From assembly GCA_016180645.1 (NCBI GenBank), contig JACPAV010000003.1, positions 1-64,000 of the forward strand: 64,000 bases of DNA. Reading direction: 5' to 3'. Origin of the DNA: Nitrospirota bacterium (GTDB lineage Bacteria; JACPQY01). The translations under genes and the position numbers were made by a program. Within the stretch, counting starts at the first letter, position 1; each line of letters opens with the position of its first letter. Below are positions 1-11,326 of the stretch, piece after piece. The notes beneath the pieces are model-generated. The model made no database searches, had not been told where the DNA came from, and was given only the letters and a program-made list of their open reading frames with translations.

Positions 1-57
1 AGGGGAGGGTCTTCAGACCCTCCCGACAAGAGGGAGCATCTGAAGATGCTCCCCTAC
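1..57. repeat. Inverted pair of GTAG-type REP-like palindromes (REPIN-like doublet); the first is cut by the window edge
   Basis: 1-24 AGGGGAGGGTCTTCAGACCCTCCC; reverse complement of 32-57 is GTAGGGGAGCATCTTCAGATGCTCCC. Each copy is a hairpin with compensatory stem changes. Confidence 0.75.
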
Positions 58-80
58 GAATCGGCATTCTGTCAGAGGCT

Positions 81-269
81 CTAAGCTCGACTTTTGCCAA
101 TTTCTTGGCGTGTGTGAAGAAATCTTTCCATACGAGGGAGGTTTTGAGGACTCAATTTTGTAACGAGCCCGGAAAACGGCTCCTGTTTCAAAATTCACGG
201 TTGAAAAACGACCTTCCCTCGTGAAGTTATGTTGATACGGCATGGGAAATTGGCAAAAGTCGAGCTTAG
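81..269. mobile_element. MITE-like non-autonomous element with perfect 24-bp terminal inverted repeats
   Basis: 81-104 CTAAGCTCGACTTTTGCCAATTTC is the exact reverse complement of 246-269. The interior is AT-rich, imperfectly palindromic and has no credible ORF. Confidence 0.65.
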
Positions 270-426
270 GGGCCATTCCGAAGAACGTCAACGCGAACGG
301 CAGTGGCACACTGAGCGTTTGGGTCGGACGAGCGAGGGGAATTCTGGGGAGCGTATGCACAAACATCGCGCTCAGCGCAATCCATGAAACGCAGTACCCT
401 GTCCCCTGCAATGCCGGGCTTCGGGC

Positions 427-1329
427 CTACTGGAACAGCCGGGTGCTGAGGTACTTCTCGCCGCCGTCGGCGAAGAGGGTGACGATGACGCCCTTCTTGA
501 TCTCGTCGGCGAGTTTCACCGCCGCGGCGAGGGCCATTCCGGACGATTGGCCCACGAATAGTCCTTCTTCCCGGACCAGCCTCCGGGACATCGCGTAGGC
601 TTCGTCCGTTCGAATCCGGATCGTCCGATCCGGAACGGTCGGATCGTAAATCCTCGGTACAATTTCCACGGCCTCCAGATTCTTGAGTCCTTCGATCCCA
701 TGCAACTCCTCAAGCGGCTGTGCCGACACCACCTGAATCCTGCGATTGAACTTCTTCATCCTCCGCCCAACGCCCATCAACGTTCCTGTCGTTCCGACCC
801 CGGCCACGAAGTGCGTCACCCGTCCTGCGACTTGGCGCCAGATTTCGGGTGCGGTGGTCTTGAAATGGGCTTTCCAGTTGTTGTCGTTACCGTATTGGTC
901 CGGGTAGTAATACTTCTTTGGATCTTTCGAAACGATTTCGCGCACCTTCAATATCGCTCCATCCGTCCCCCGGAGTGGGTCCGTAAAGACAAGCTCCGCG
1001 CCGTAGGCGCGCAGGATTTGTCTCCGCTCCGTTGACGCATTTTCCGGAAGGCAGACGGTCACACGGTACCCCTTGGCGGCTCCGATCATGGCATAGGCAA
1101 TGGCCGTATTCCCGGACGAGGCATCAATGACCGTTTTGTCCTTCGTGAGGACCCGGCTCTTCTCCGCCTCCACAATCATGTTGAGGGCGGGACGATCCTT
1201 CACCGACCCGCCGGGATTGAACCACTCCGCCTTGGCCCAAATTTCGACGCCGTTCTTCTTGAAAATATGGCGGATAGGCAGCAGCGGGGTCCTGCCGATC
1301 TGGTCCACCACGGTGGGAAGGATTTTCAC
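427..1329 (-). CDS. cysM: PLP-dependent cysteine synthase (CysK/CysM family)
   Basis: Motifs NPGGSVKDR (PLP lysine), [16 protein letters not shown] start with an AAGGAG RBS, overlapping the uvrA stop. Confidence 0.85.
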   Translation of the reverse strand: MKILPTVVDQIGRTPLLPIRHIFKKNGVEIWAKAEWFNPGGSVKDRPALNMIVEAEKSRVLTKDKTVIDASSGNTAIAYAMIGAAKGYRVTVCLPENASTERRQILRAYGAELVFTDPLRGTDGAILKVREIVSKDPKKYYYPDQYGNDNNWKAHFKTTAPEIWRQVAGRVTHFVAGVGTTGTLMGVGRRMKKFNRRIQVVSAQPLEELHGIEGLKNLEAVEIVPRIYDPTVPDRTIRIRTDEAYAMSRRLVREEGLFVGQSSGMALAAAVKLADEIKKGVIVTLFADGGEKYLSTRLFQ

Positions 1330-4300
1330 CCCAACTCCTTGGTGCCGATCCCCGGAGTCGGCAAAGATGCCGGCAATCTCCTAGCACCCACCGGCTGCGA
1401 TTCAACAACGGGATAGTTGCTCGCCGTCGGAGATCGACGGCTCGAATCTGCAAGGAGAGCCTGGGAATGTGTAAGCGGACCTTGCCTGCCGATCCGGAGA
1501 ACGTCCACCAGATACTGGCCCGTGTAGGAACCCTTGACCTTCGCGACCGCCTCAGGCGTTCCGAGAGCCACAACTTTTCCTCCCGCATCTCCCCCGTCCG
1601 GCCCGAGATCGATGATGTGGTCCGCCGTCTTGATGACTTCGAAATTGTGCTCGATCACGATGACTGTATTGCCCAGCTCCACCAGTCGATGTAGCACGCG
1701 CAACAAGTTCCGGATGTCGGCGAAGTGCAGGCCTGTCGTCGGCTCATCGAGAATGTAGAGCGTCCGCCCCGTGCTCCTCCGCGACAACTCCTTGGAGAGT
1801 TTCACGCGTTGAGCCTCTCCGCCGGAGAGCGTCGTCGCCGCCTGACCGAGTTTCACGTAGCCCAGCCCCACGTCCACAAGCGTTCTGAGCTTCTCACGGA
1901 TGGCCGGGATATTCTCGAAGAAGACCAACGCCTCGTCCACGGTCATGCTGAGAACTTCCGAGATGTGCCTCCCCTTGTACAGGACCTGAAGAGTTTCCCG
2001 GTTGTATCGGCGGCCTTTGCATTCCTCGCACACGACATACACGTCCGGCAGGAAGTGCATTTCGATCTTGATTACGCCGTCGCCTTCGCAGGTCTCACAA
2101 CGCCCGCCCTTCACGTTGAAGGAAAAGCGGCCGGCCTTGTAGCCGCGGGACCTCGACTCCGGAACCTGCGCGAAGAGTTCCCGGATCGGAGTGAACAGTC
2201 CCGTATAGGTCGCCGGATTGCTTCTCGGGGTCCTGCCGATCGGCGATTGGTCCACATCGATTACCTTATCGACAAAATGGGCTCCGACGAGATCGCGATG
2301 CGGCCCCGCCGCCGCCCGGGACTCGAAAAGTTTCTGGGCCATCGCCCGGTAAAGCGTGTCCAACACCAGTGAGCTCTTGCCGGAGCCGGAGACTCCCGTG
2401 ATGCAGATGAACTCACCGAGCGGAAACGAGACGGTGAGGTTCTTGAGGTTGTTCGCAGAGGCGTCCACCAGGGTGATGGACTTCCCGTTCCCCGCGCGCC
2501 GTTGCGCAGGCACGGGAATGAAATCCTTGCCGCACAGGAAGCGCCCCGTCAGTGAGTCTGGGCATTTCTCCAGCTCTTTCGGGTTCCCGGCAAACACAAC
2601 TTCGCCGCCTCGGACCCCGGCGCCGGGCCCGAGATCCACCACGTAGTCCGCCGTGCGAATCGTTTCCTCATCGTGTTCAACCACCACCACGCTGTTCCCC
2701 AAATCGCGCAGGAGGCAGAGCGTCTGGAGCAATTTCCGGTTGTCTTTCTGGTGAAGGCCGATGCTCGGTTCATCCAGGACGTAGAGCACTCCGACCAGGT
2801 GGGACCCGATCTGAGAGGCCAGCCGGATGCGCTGGCCCTCCCCGCCCGAGAGCGTCGCGGCAGGCCGGTCCAGCGTGAGATAGTCCAAGCCTACATCGAC
2901 GAGGAACCGGAGACGCTCCACAATCTCCTTCAAGACGCGCTTGGCGATCTCCTGCTCCCGGGCACCCAAAGTCAGGTGTCCGAAAAACTCGATCCCATGG
3001 AGGATCGACATCTGGACTACCTCGTGGATGTTCTTTCCACTGACGCGGAATGCCAGGCTCTCCTTCCGGACCCGGGCGCCCTTGCACAGCGGACACGGCT
3101 TCTCACCCATGTAGCGTTCAAGCTCCCACTGGTGCCAGCTCCCTTCGAGCTCCCGGTATCGCTCTTCCAACTGTGGGATGACTCCGGCCCAGGTCCTTTC
3201 CCTGCGATCGCCCAAGCGCGAAGGTAGATCCACCCGCTCGCTGCCGGAGCCGAACAGGACCATTTTCTGGATGCGATCCGAGAGATCTTTGAACGGTGTG
3301 TGGATGCTGAACCCGTAGTGCTTGCCCAAGGCCTGGATCAACGGTTCGAATTCCGACGGCTCCAAATCCTGCCACGGCGCGATGGCTCCCTCGCGCAGGG
3401 AGAGCGACGTGCTGGGCACGACGAGGCGTGGATCAAAAAACAGCTTTGTACCCAGCCCCGTGCATTCCGGGCACGCCCCCTGGGGGCTGTTGAAGGAGAA
3501 CATGCGCGGCGTCATTTCCGGGTAGCTGATCCCGCAGTCCACGCATGCGTACCGCTCGCTGAACAGATGCGTCTCCTTCAGCTTGCCCTGTTCATCGACC
3601 ACCTCCACCCGGACCAGCCCGCCGGACTTCCCCGGAGCCAGGTAGGAGAATTTCAAGGCCGTTTCGAGAGAATCCGTCAGCCTCGGCCCGAGCTCCGGTT
3701 TGACCACGAGGCGATCCACCACCAGTTCGATGTCGTGCTTCTTGTTCTTGTCCAGTTCGATCGGGTCGGCCAGATCCAGGATATGTCCATCCACCTTGAC
3801 CCTCGCGAATCCGCCCTTGCGGAGTTCCTCCAATTCCTTTCGGTACTCGCCTTTCCGCGCCTGAACGATCGGCGCCAGGAGGTTGAACCGTGTTCCCGCC
3901 GCCATCGCGCGGATGCGATCCGCCATCTGTTGAACGGTCTGCGAGTGGATGATCTTCCCGCACTGATAGCAGTGCGGCGTTCCGGCTCGCGCGAAGAGAA
4001 GGCGAAGATAGTCGTAAATCTCGGTCACCGTGGCCACGGTCGAGCGCGGATTCTTCGAAACCGTTTTTTGCTCGATGGAGATGGCCGGCGAGAGGCCCTC
4101 AATGGCCTCCACGTCCGGCTTGTCCATTTGCTCCAGAAACTGCCGCGCGTAGGCCGAGAGCGATTCCACGTAGCGACGCTGACCTTCGGCATAGAGGGTG
4201 TCAAAAGCCAAAGATGATTTACCCGATCCGGAAACCCCCGTGAGGACCACCAATTTGTCGCGTGGAATGGCGAGATCGACGTTCTTGAGATTGTGTTCCC

Positions 4301-4460
4301 GGGCGCCCCGGATAACGATCCGAGGGCCGGTGATCGAGCCGCGTTCGGACGCAGGCTGAAGCCTGCGGCTACCCGGATGCGATCTCTGGGAAGCGCGCTC
4401 CTCACGGGTGCGCTCCTGCCCATTCGAACGGCGCCGGCCGTTCTTACGCGAAGAGGCCAT
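1326..4460 (-). CDS. uvrA: Excinuclease ABC subunit A
   Basis: GAREHNLKN, two GVSGSGKS Walker A motifs, two LSGGE signatures, CxxC zinc fingers. Start placed at ATG 4460 (uncertain). Confidence 0.97.
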   Translation of the reverse strand: MASSRKNGRRRSNGQERTREERASQRSHPGSRRLQPASERGSITGPRIVIRGAREHNLKNVDLAIPRDKLVVLTGVSGSGKSSLAFDTLYAEGQRRYVESLSAYARQFLEQMDKPDVEAIEGLSPAISIEQKTVSKNPRSTVATVTEIYDYLRLLFARAGTPHCYQCGKIIHSQTVQQMADRIRAMAAGTRFNLLAPIVQARKGEYRKELEELRKGGFARVKVDGHILDLADPIELDKNKKHDIELVVDRLVVKPELGPRLTDSLETALKFSYLAPGKSGGLVRVEVVDEQGKLKETHLFSERYACVDCGISYPEMTPRMFSFNSPQGACPECTGLGTKLFFDPRLVVPSTSLSLREGAIAPWQDLEPSEFEPLIQALGKHYGFSIHTPFKDLSDRIQKMVLFGSGSERVDLPSRLGDRRERTWAGVIPQLEERYRELEGSWHQWELERYMGEKPCPLCKGARVRKESLAFRVSGKNIHEVVQMSILHGIEFFGHLTLGAREQEIAKRVLKEIVERLRFLVDVGLDYLTLDRPAATLSGGEGQRIRLASQIGSHLVGVLYVLDEPSIGLHQKDNRKLLQTLCLLRDLGNSVVVVEHDEETIRTADYVVDLGPGAGVRGGEVVFAGNPKELEKCPDSLTGRFLCGKDFIPVPAQRRAGNGKSITLVDASANNLKNLTVSFPLGEFICITGVSGSGKSSLVLDTLYRAMAQKLFESRAAAGPHRDLVGAHFVDKVIDVDQSPIGRTPRSNPATYTGLFTPIRELFAQVPESRSRGYKAGRFSFNVKGGRCETCEGDGVIKIEMHFLPDVYVVCEECKGRRYNRETLQVLYKGRHISEVLSMTVDEALVFFENIPAIREKLRTLVDVGLGYVKLGQAATTLSGGEAQRVKLSKELSRRSTGRTLYILDEPTTGLHFADIRNLLRVLHRLVELGNTVIVIEHNFEVIKTADHIIDLGPDGGDAGGKVVALGTPEAVAKVKGSYTGQYLVDVLRIGRQGPLTHSQALLADSSRRSPTASNYPVVESQPVGARRLPASLPTPGIGTKELG

Positions 4461-5316
4461 GGGGGGGCGACTCCAGTTCCGCAAGGAACTTCTTGAATCC
4501 AAGATCGAGGAAGAGGCGTCGCAGATCCGCCGTCATCCACGGTTTTCGGGAAAGATCGTTCACGGAAAGCCCGAGGTCCAAATCGGTCCGAATCGTCGCC
4601 AACTCCCGCGATTGGCGGGCCTTCTCCTCGCTTCCGGTCAATTTCACCTTCGCCACTCCATCGGGCATCGAATCCAGGACCTGATAGATCTTCTCGATCG
4701 AGCCGTATTCCGACAATAGTTTCAGGGCGGTCTTCGGCCCAATCCCCGTCACGCCCGGGATATTATCCGATGCGTCCCCGGCCAATCCGAGAAAGTCCGG
4801 CATCTGTTCCGGCGTCACCCCGAACTTCTCGATCACCTGATCGCGGCGGAACAGTTCGTCGGACATCGGGTCGTAGACGGAGATGAATTCGTCCACGAGC
4901 TGCATCATGTCTTTGTCCCTGGAGACGATCAACACCGGGTACCCCGCTTCGGCGGACCGTTTCGCCAACGTCCCAATGACGTCGTCCGCCTCGAAGCCTT
5001 CGCGCTCCAGCACGGGGATCGAGAACCCGCGGACGATATCCTTGATGTACGGGATCTGTGGGACAAGATCGTCCGGCATCGGTTTCCGATTGGCTTTGTA
5101 CTGGTCGTACAGCTTGTCCCGAAACACCTCCCCTTTCACGTCAAAAGCCATCCCGAGGTACTTCGGATTCTTGTCATGGAACAGTTTGAGGAGCATCTGG
5201 GTAAAGCCATAGACCGCGTTCGTCGGGCGGCCGTCACCTGCGGTCAGTCCGCGAATGGCATAAAAGGCGCGGTAGATCTGCGCCGTGCCATCGACCAGGT
5301 AGACAGGATCGTTCAT
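4444..5316 (-). CDS. Stand-alone 5'-3' exonuclease / flap endonuclease (Pol I N-terminal domain only)
   Basis: Motifs [49 protein letters not shown] (H3TH). Stops at about 290 aa with no polymerase domain. Confidence 0.9.
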   Translation of the reverse strand: MNDPVYLVDGTAQIYRAFYAIRGLTAGDGRPTNAVYGFTQMLLKLFHDKNPKYLGMAFDVKGEVFRDKLYDQYKANRKPMPDDLVPQIPYIKDIVRGFSIPVLEREGFEADDVIGTLAKRSAEAGYPVLIVSRDKDMMQLVDEFISVYDPMSDELFRRDQVIEKFGVTPEQMPDFLGLAGDASDNIPGVTGIGPKTALKLLSEYGSIEKIYQVLDSMPDGVAKVKLTGSEEKARQSRELATIRTDLDLGLSVNDLSRKPWMTADLRRLFLDLGFKKFLAELESPPHGLFA

Positions 5317-5388
5317 TGAACGGGGCATTATACCACGGCTCGCCAGTCGAGGAGCGCCGCGTGGAAACAACCGGGGCGTGCGGATCCG

Positions 5389-6033
5389 CTAGATTTCGCC
5401 GGTTAAGTCGCGGAGGAGGCGACCGGCACCGGAAGGAATCGGATGCCCATGGCCGCAGGCGAGGGTGTCAATGTCCAACTGGGACAGTCGGCGAACGCTC
5501 TCCCACGCTTTTCGCGTATCAGCCGTGAACAGGGCATTGGGACCCGTGAGCTTCCCCATGCGAGTATTCATGGCGTCACCCGTTATGAGCGTCCGGGTTT
5601 TCTCATTGTAGAGCGCGCAGGAACCGGGAGTATGGCCCTCGGCCTTGACGACTTTCCAGGCACCCGCCGAATCGACAGCTTGGTTCTCCTTCATGAGCTG
5701 AACCTTCGCCACCGGCTCGAATCTGAAAAGAATCCGATCGAAAACGAGACTGAGGCCCGTACCCACGACTCCGCGGCCGCGCGGCACCGGCTTCTTTCCC
5801 TGGAGAACTTCCGCATCGTCGGCATGGATCAAGACGTTCTCAATGCCGAACTTCCAATACCCTGCGGCATTCCCCAGATGGTCAGGGTGGTAATGGGTGA
5901 TCACGACCTTGGCGATCTTTTTCGGATCGAAGCCGCCGCTCTCAACCTCCCGAACATATTCGTTGAACTTTCCAGGCGGACCGGCATCTACCACGAACAG
6001 ATCTCCATCCGAATCGACGAGGTAGGAATTCAC
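5389..6033 (-). CDS. MBL-fold metallo-hydrolase
   Basis: Motifs THYHPDH, GHTPG, TGDA, CGHG. Confidence 0.9.
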   Translation of the reverse strand: MNSYLVDSDGDLFVVDAGPPGKFNEYVREVESGGFDPKKIAKVVITHYHPDHLGNAAGYWKFGIENVLIHADDAEVLQGKKPVPRGRGVVGTGLSLVFDRILFRFEPVAKVQLMKENQAVDSAGAWKVVKAEGHTPGSCALYNEKTRTLITGDAMNTRMGKLTGPNALFTADTRKAWESVRRLSQLDIDTLACGHGHPIPSGAGRLLRDLTGEI

Positions 6034-6077
6034 GAACCCGCCCGATTCGAGGAGCCAAAGTCCGGGAACAATTTTCT

Positions 6078-6455
6078 TCAGATGAGTTTCGCGAGTAGTT
6101 TAGGCTTGGGAATCGTGTAGCTTCCGTTACGTGGAATGGGACGAATGTCATACTGCTCCATATCGAAACAGCCGAGGATCAATTCAGAGGAGCACTCCTC
6201 AAGGAGGTTGGCCGAAACGGGCAGCCAGACACCCTTAAACTCAATCAGGATAGTCACACTGGCACGAACGGGTTTGCCCCTTGATCCATCGGCGAGGACA
6301 ACGGGGATGGGCTTCGGGTTCTTCACTGGAATCCCAACGGCCCTCGCGATGTCGGCCCTGATGAAGGTTGAGGTGGCCCCCGTATCAAATAGCATGCGGA
6401 CCCGTTTTTCGCCGCGATTGCCCCTTACCCGAACTGGAACAATAATTTCTCTCAT
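6078..6455 (-). CDS. Small retropepsin-like (clan AA) aspartic protease
   Basis: LFDTGAT catalytic motif and C-terminal LILG motif; about 125 aa from ATG 6455. Confidence 0.8.
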   Translation of the reverse strand: MREIIVPVRVRGNRGEKRVRMLFDTGATSTFIRADIARAVGIPVKNPKPIPVVLADGSRGKPVRASVTILIEFKGVWLPVSANLLEECSSELILGCFDMEQYDIRPIPRNGSYTIPKPKLLAKLI

Positions 6456-6548
6456 TGGAATGATGATAGCATCAAACCCAACGTGGGTGAATCGGCTCTT
6501 CAGTTCGTCGGAACGCCAAGTTGACGCCGACATGTAGCAGATTGATCG

Positions 6549-8420
6549 TCACTGCCACAATGCCACTGGGCCGACCGTCTTATTGTTGGGCTCAAAATCC
6601 TCTTCAATCTTGCCGACCTCCACAACCACAGGGACCCTGGCGATGAGCCCGGCGAGGATACAGGTACCGGTGGGTAGGATCGGGAGGGCTTCGAAGGAGA
6701 CTTTGTCGAGGTAGGAGACTGACCTTTCGACGGCCTTGATGTCCTCATTGTTGATGAGCCGGTGAAGAAAGTAGTTGTGAAGCTGGGATATGATCGTGGG
6801 CGATATGTCGTGTGGGCGCTGGCTCGCTATCGTGAGAAAGACCCCGTATTTTCGCCCTTCCTTGATGATCTCCTCAAAGGTCTCCAACCGGTAATCTTTC
6901 CACTGCTCGCTCTCGCGTTCTGACTCCTCCGAGAGGATATTATGCGCCTCATCGACGATCAGATTTAGAGTTCCGGCTTCATCGTCTGCCTCCTTCCTGG
7001 CATCGTACATCTTCTTGCAAAGCATCAAGGGAAGGATCTTCCTCATCCTAATGTTAACTTCGCGCAGGGAGACGATCGTGAAATTCGCATCTTCAGCGTC
7101 GGTCCGCGCTTGCTGAATCGTTATCACTTTCTTCAAGTCATCAACCCGCTTGTCGAGCCGCTTGATCAGGGGTGCAAGATGTTCCCGGTTGGAGAATCCG
7201 CGGATGATGTCCTGGTAGTACTGGATGGTAATACGGAGACGGATCTCGTCGATCGGAGTCATGTTGGCTACCGAGACCTGCAGTGGAGACACCTTCGCTT
7301 CCACAACTTGTGCCTTGAACTCGGGCGCGTTTCCGTATATCCGCGGTCCGCCGCTTTCGTAGTAGTACGTGGCTTGAACATTGTGGAATTGCAAATGGGA
7401 TTCGAAATCGTCTGCCAAGGCCGCAATGTCCCCGTGGCCACCGAGGCATTCATTCAGTTCCCTCAGAAAACTGACCACGATGCCTTTTTCTATCGTCCTG
7501 TCGCCCTTCATGATCGCAGAGAAGATGATTTCCACCATCAACAGCTTCAACCGAACCGCGTCTCGCACCATGTCTGAGAGATAAGGGCTGGACAGCGCGC
7601 GATTCAAGAAAGGGGTCTGCGTTTTTTCAGTTGCCTCCAGGAAAACAACCCAGAAGGCCGGATCGTTGATCATCTCATGCGATATCGGGAAGCGATCACC
7701 GCCTTCTGGCAGCCTGGTCGAAAGCTCGTAGATGTTCTTGTATCGCGGCTCAACTATTACGTTCCTATCGAAACCGACATACTCTCCGTTGAAGTCAATC
7801 AGAAAGAACTTGGCGTGTCGCTGGAAGTTTGGACGATCCTTGTATTTCCTCAAGAGCTCACGATATATCTTGGCCAGCGTGTATGACTTCCCGCTCCCAG
7901 TGTTTCCAAAGATTCCAATATGACTGGCAAGTAGGCTGTTGACCCCAACACGAATGTCCTGCCCTTTCTCCATCGCCAGCGTGCCAATGGTGATCGGATC
8001 GTCTCCCACAGCCAGGAAATCGTGAACCTTCTCAACCTCGTCTCTGTGCAGCAGGAAACATTCGTTATCGATCAGGGGAAGCTCCTTGATCCCACGCTCG
8101 AACCGGTTGCCTTCAAGAAATCCAAGCAGCTTCACGACAAGCGTCCGGCTGACCCTCTGTCTTCCGCTAGCGTAGTCTTTCTCCCTGGTCTGGAGGTCTT
8201 CTCCGATGTACTCACCATCAACCTTGCCGATGATTCTGGCGAACCCCTTGGAAATTTTCACGTAACCGCCTACTGCAATGTTCCGATGCACCCCGCCCTG
8301 GTAGATCAGGTGGGACGAGTTCTTCATCTTGTCGACGGCAACCTTGACAACGCGTCCGTCAACCGATATCACTCGGCCGATCTTGAAGATCGCATCATCC
8401 GCGATCCTCTCGTTATTCAT
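6549..8420 (-). CDS. herA: HerA-family ATPase/translocase of a Sir2-HerA defence system
   Basis: N-terminal HAS-barrel-like region, Walker A GNTGSGKS, Walker B LIVDEAH, EGRKYG, SQRP. Overlaps the sir2 stop. Confidence 0.9.
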   Translation of the reverse strand: MNNERIADDAIFKIGRVISVDGRVVKVAVDKMKNSSHLIYQGGVHRNIAVGGYVKISKGFARIIGKVDGEYIGEDLQTREKDYASGRQRVSRTLVVKLLGFLEGNRFERGIKELPLIDNECFLLHRDEVEKVHDFLAVGDDPITIGTLAMEKGQDIRVGVNSLLASHIGIFGNTGSGKSYTLAKIYRELLRKYKDRPNFQRHAKFFLIDFNGEYVGFDRNVIVEPRYKNIYELSTRLPEGGDRFPISHEMINDPAFWVVFLEATEKTQTPFLNRALSSPYLSDMVRDAVRLKLLMVEIIFSAIMKGDRTIEKGIVVSFLRELNECLGGHGDIAALADDFESHLQFHNVQATYYYESGGPRIYGNAPEFKAQVVEAKVSPLQVSVANMTPIDEIRLRITIQYYQDIIRGFSNREHLAPLIKRLDKRVDDLKKVITIQQARTDAEDANFTIVSLREVNIRMRKILPLMLCKKMYDARKEADDEAGTLNLIVDEAHNILSEESERESEQWKDYRLETFEEIIKEGRKYGVFLTIASQRPHDISPTIISQLHNYFLHRLINNEDIKAVERSVSYLDKVSFEALPILPTGTCILAGLIARVPVVVEVGKIEEDFEPNNKTVGPVALWQ

Positions 8421-9600
8421 CTACGTTCCCCCCGGTGGCCTCCCCTTCAGCCATTGTCACGCGGCTCGGCCCGGATGGAAATGGCTGATCGGTGATACTC
8501 GAAAAGAGCCTGCGGCTGATCTCTGCGAGCGTGTACTTGAACTCGTCTGAAGGTAGGGAACCCGACTGGGCTTTTTGAGTCGGGGCGATGATTTTCACGT
8601 TGCGGTTCTTGAACTGCGACCCTAGGTTGGTCTCGATATCTTGCCGCGCTTCCGCGCTGTAGGCCACGATGTAAATCATGAGCGTCGGATTGGAGTCCGC
8701 AGCGCGAAGGGTGATGGCCCGGAGGTGCTCGTCCGCGAAGGAGAAACCAAGGACAAAGAGCGCGGTGTTCTCCTTTTCCATCTCATTCGAGAATATTCGG
8801 AGAAGCTCGTAATACTGATGGTTGAGGAGAGTGAGTTTGAATTTTTCCTTGGTGGGGTTGACAATGAGCAAATCCTCGTATGCCTGAGCAAAGCAATTCA
8901 TCCACCCTTCGAACTTGTGGCCAGTGGCCGCGGTGGAAAGTGTCTCCACAGTGGTACCCTCTGGCACGGCTAGAACCTCAGGCAATCCCGCTCGCAGTTC
9001 TTTCAAGCGTCGGACCGCCGACAGGTCACTGGAGAAGCCCATTCGTACGCCGGGCATCTTGCACCAAGTCAAGGAGCCATGGACCTTCAGCAGGTTGAAA
9101 ACGGGTATCTCTGACACGTTGTCGTATTGGAGGCTCCGTTTGAAATGAGACTTCTTGAAATTTCCAAGGTCGAAGGTCGGGGCAAAGCGTCCGCCAAATC
9201 CGTCGTTGAATTCCAAGGACAGCTTCTCTAGAGCCTTTTCCAAGAAGATGTCTAGGTTGGTCGTAAAGAGATTCGCCTCCTTGCCAAGGAGCGTCGATTT
9301 TCGGTCAAGCAGTATCCCGTTGATTATCCTTAGGAAGTCACAGTAGTGTCCGAGAGTCTCGTCCGCCTCCACCGCTGAGTCCAATATGTCGACGTTTCTG
9401 GAAATGGCTGCATCGAAGTATTTGCAGTAGAGGGCGAATCGAATGACTTGCTTCTTCTCCACCGGCAAGGCACTCACCTCTACTTCGGTCAAGAGCTTTT
9501 CGATGCCCCCCAGTGTCGCCAGATACGGTTGCGACAGCCCCGCCCCCAACAGGAAGTTGAGGTTACAATCCTGAAGTACGGCCTTGAGGTTCTCGATCAT
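8413..9600 (-). CDS. SIR2-like NADase (defence effector)
   Basis: Motifs NFLLGAGLS, FTTNLD, KVHGSL, GFSFADEH; coupled to HerA. Confidence 0.88.
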   Translation of the reverse strand: MIENLKAVLQDCNLNFLLGAGLSQPYLATLGGIEKLLTEVEVSALPVEKKQVIRFALYCKYFDAAISRNVDILDSAVEADETLGHYCDFLRIINGILLDRKSTLLGKEANLFTTNLDIFLEKALEKLSLEFNDGFGGRFAPTFDLGNFKKSHFKRSLQYDNVSEIPVFNLLKVHGSLTWCKMPGVRMGFSSDLSAVRRLKELRAGLPEVLAVPEGTTVETLSTAATGHKFEGWMNCFAQAYEDLLIVNPTKEKFKLTLLNHQYYELLRIFSNEMEKENTALFVLGFSFADEHLRAITLRAADSNPTLMIYIVAYSAEARQDIETNLGSQFKNRNVKIIAPTQKAQSGSLPSDEFKYTLAEISRRLFSSITDQPFPSGPSRVTMAEGEATGGNVDE

Positions 9601-9756
9601 GGCAAGGACGTTGTACCGTCATTGGGTTCCGTCTTTGAGTCATTGTTGATATTCTTGGCGTCCCCCCGAGTTCTTGACCGTTCTTTTTAGGTGAAAATCG
9701 GAAACAGTGACGTCCGAAGATCCGCCGCTTGCCCGGCGATGCGGGGTGACTGCCGT

Positions 9757-11322
9757 TCACACAGGCAGGACGCCGTGCTTGCGCCAGGGGCGCTCCACCA
9801 CCTTGTTCCAGTAGAGGTCGAGACCTTGGGCAAGCTTGAGCCGGGTTTCACGGGGATCGATCACGTCATCCACCAGCGCCCATCCGGCGGACTTGTAGGC
9901 GTTGATGTACGGACGGATCATATCGGCCATGTTCTTCTTGGCTTCCTCCGTCATTTCCGCGGCCTTCGTGCTCCGCCCGAAGATGCCGACCATGCCCTCG
10001 GCGCCCATGACGGAAATTTCCGCCGTGGGCCACGCGACGATTAGGTCCGGTTCGAAGGCCCGGCCGCACATGACGTAGTATCCCGCGCCGTAGGCCTTGC
10101 GCACCACCACGGTCAGTTTGGGAACGGTCGCCTCGCTCACCGCAAAGAGCATCTTCGACCCATGCCGGATGATGCCCTCCTTCTCCACTTTGCTTCCGAT
10201 CATGAAACCGGGCACGTCCTGGAAAAATACGAGCGGGATGTTGAAGGCATCGCACATCCATACAAACCGAGCGGCTTTGTCGGACGCGTTGATATCGAGG
10301 ACGCCGCCGTAGTGCATCGGGTTGTTGGCGACGATGCCGCACGGCCTGCCCCCGATCCGCGCGAAGCACGTGATGAGATTCCGCGCCCAGCGGGGCTTCA
10401 ATTCCAGGAATTTGCCATGATCCGCGACGAGCTTGATAAGTTTGTGCATGTCGTACGCACCGCGCGGATTGTCCGGCACCACTTTGAGGAAATCCTCATC
10501 TTTCCGGTCGATCGGATCGTCGCACGGCAGGACCGGCGGTTTCTCGCCGTTGTGAGAGGGAAAATAGCTCAAGTAGTCTTTCACCAGATTGATGCACTGC
10601 TCATCATTGGACACTTCCACGTCGCCGCACCCACTCACTTCGCAATGGATTTTTGCTCCGCCGAGATCGTTCTCGTTGATGTCCTCGCCGGTCACCGCCT
10701 TCACCAGCGGTGGGCCGCCCAAGGCCATCGAGCTGATGTTGCTGACCATGGGGACAAAATCGGCGAGACCCGGAATGTACGCCGTGCCGGCCATGCCGGG
10801 CCCCATCATCGCGGCGACGAGCGGGACCACGCCCGACATGATCACTTCCTCCCGGAACAGGTGACCCGTCCCGGCGAAGAGCGACACCATGTCCGGATGA
10901 CCCGCTCCCTGCGCCGCCCGGATCCGAGCGCCGCCGGAGTCCACGAACCACACCAGGGGCATTCGGTCCTTCAGGGCGATCTCCCTTATCCGCGTGGCTT
11001 TGGTTTCACCCACCTGCCCCATGGACCCGCCGAAGACCGTAAAATCGTATGCGATGACGGCCACCCGGCGGCCGTTCACCTTTCCGTAGCCGCTGACGAC
11101 GCCGTCGGCCGCCGCATACTCATCGGTCATCATTTGCGTTCCATGAATGCCCATCTCGACAAACGTGCCCGGATCGAAGAAAAGCGCGATGCGTTCCCGG
11201 GCTGTCAACTTGTTCCTGTCGTGCTGCCGCTTGATCTTGTCCGGCCCGCCCATGTCCAGCGCACGGGCCCGCCGCTTTTCGAGGTCTTCGACCTGGCCCT
11301 GCCAGTACTCCAGCGCGCCCAT
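9757..11322 (-). CDS. Acyl-CoA carboxylase carboxyltransferase (beta) subunit
   Basis: LTARERI, DFTVFGGSMG, DSGGARI, DVPGFMIG, RKAYGAGY, PWRKHG. Start at ATG 11322 just after the upstream stop. Confidence 0.92.
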   Translation of the reverse strand: MGALEYWQGQVEDLEKRRARALDMGGPDKIKRQHDRNKLTARERIALFFDPGTFVEMGIHGTQMMTDEYAAADGVVSGYGKVNGRRVAVIAYDFTVFGGSMGQVGETKATRIREIALKDRMPLVWFVDSGGARIRAAQGAGHPDMVSLFAGTGHLFREEVIMSGVVPLVAAMMGPGMAGTAYIPGLADFVPMVSNISSMALGGPPLVKAVTGEDINENDLGGAKIHCEVSGCGDVEVSNDEQCINLVKDYLSYFPSHNGEKPPVLPCDDPIDRKDEDFLKVVPDNPRGAYDMHKLIKLVADHGKFLELKPRWARNLITCFARIGGRPCGIVANNPMHYGGVLDINASDKAARFVWMCDAFNIPLVFFQDVPGFMIGSKVEKEGIIRHGSKMLFAVSEATVPKLTVVVRKAYGAGYYVMCGRAFEPDLIVAWPTAEISVMGAEGMVGIFGRSTKAAEMTEEAKKNMADMIRPYINAYKSAGWALVDDVIDPRETRLKLAQGLDLYWNKVVERPWRKHGVLPV

Positions 11323-11326
11323 GGTC

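Noticed and set aside
13-598. ORFs 13-411 and 242-598
   Set aside because: They run across palindromic repeat elements or antisense to the cysteine synthase gene and have no protein motifs.
4444-5316. Frameshifted polA pseudogene
   Set aside because: No polymerase-domain remnants follow; the stop falls at the domain boundary and overlaps the uvrA start.
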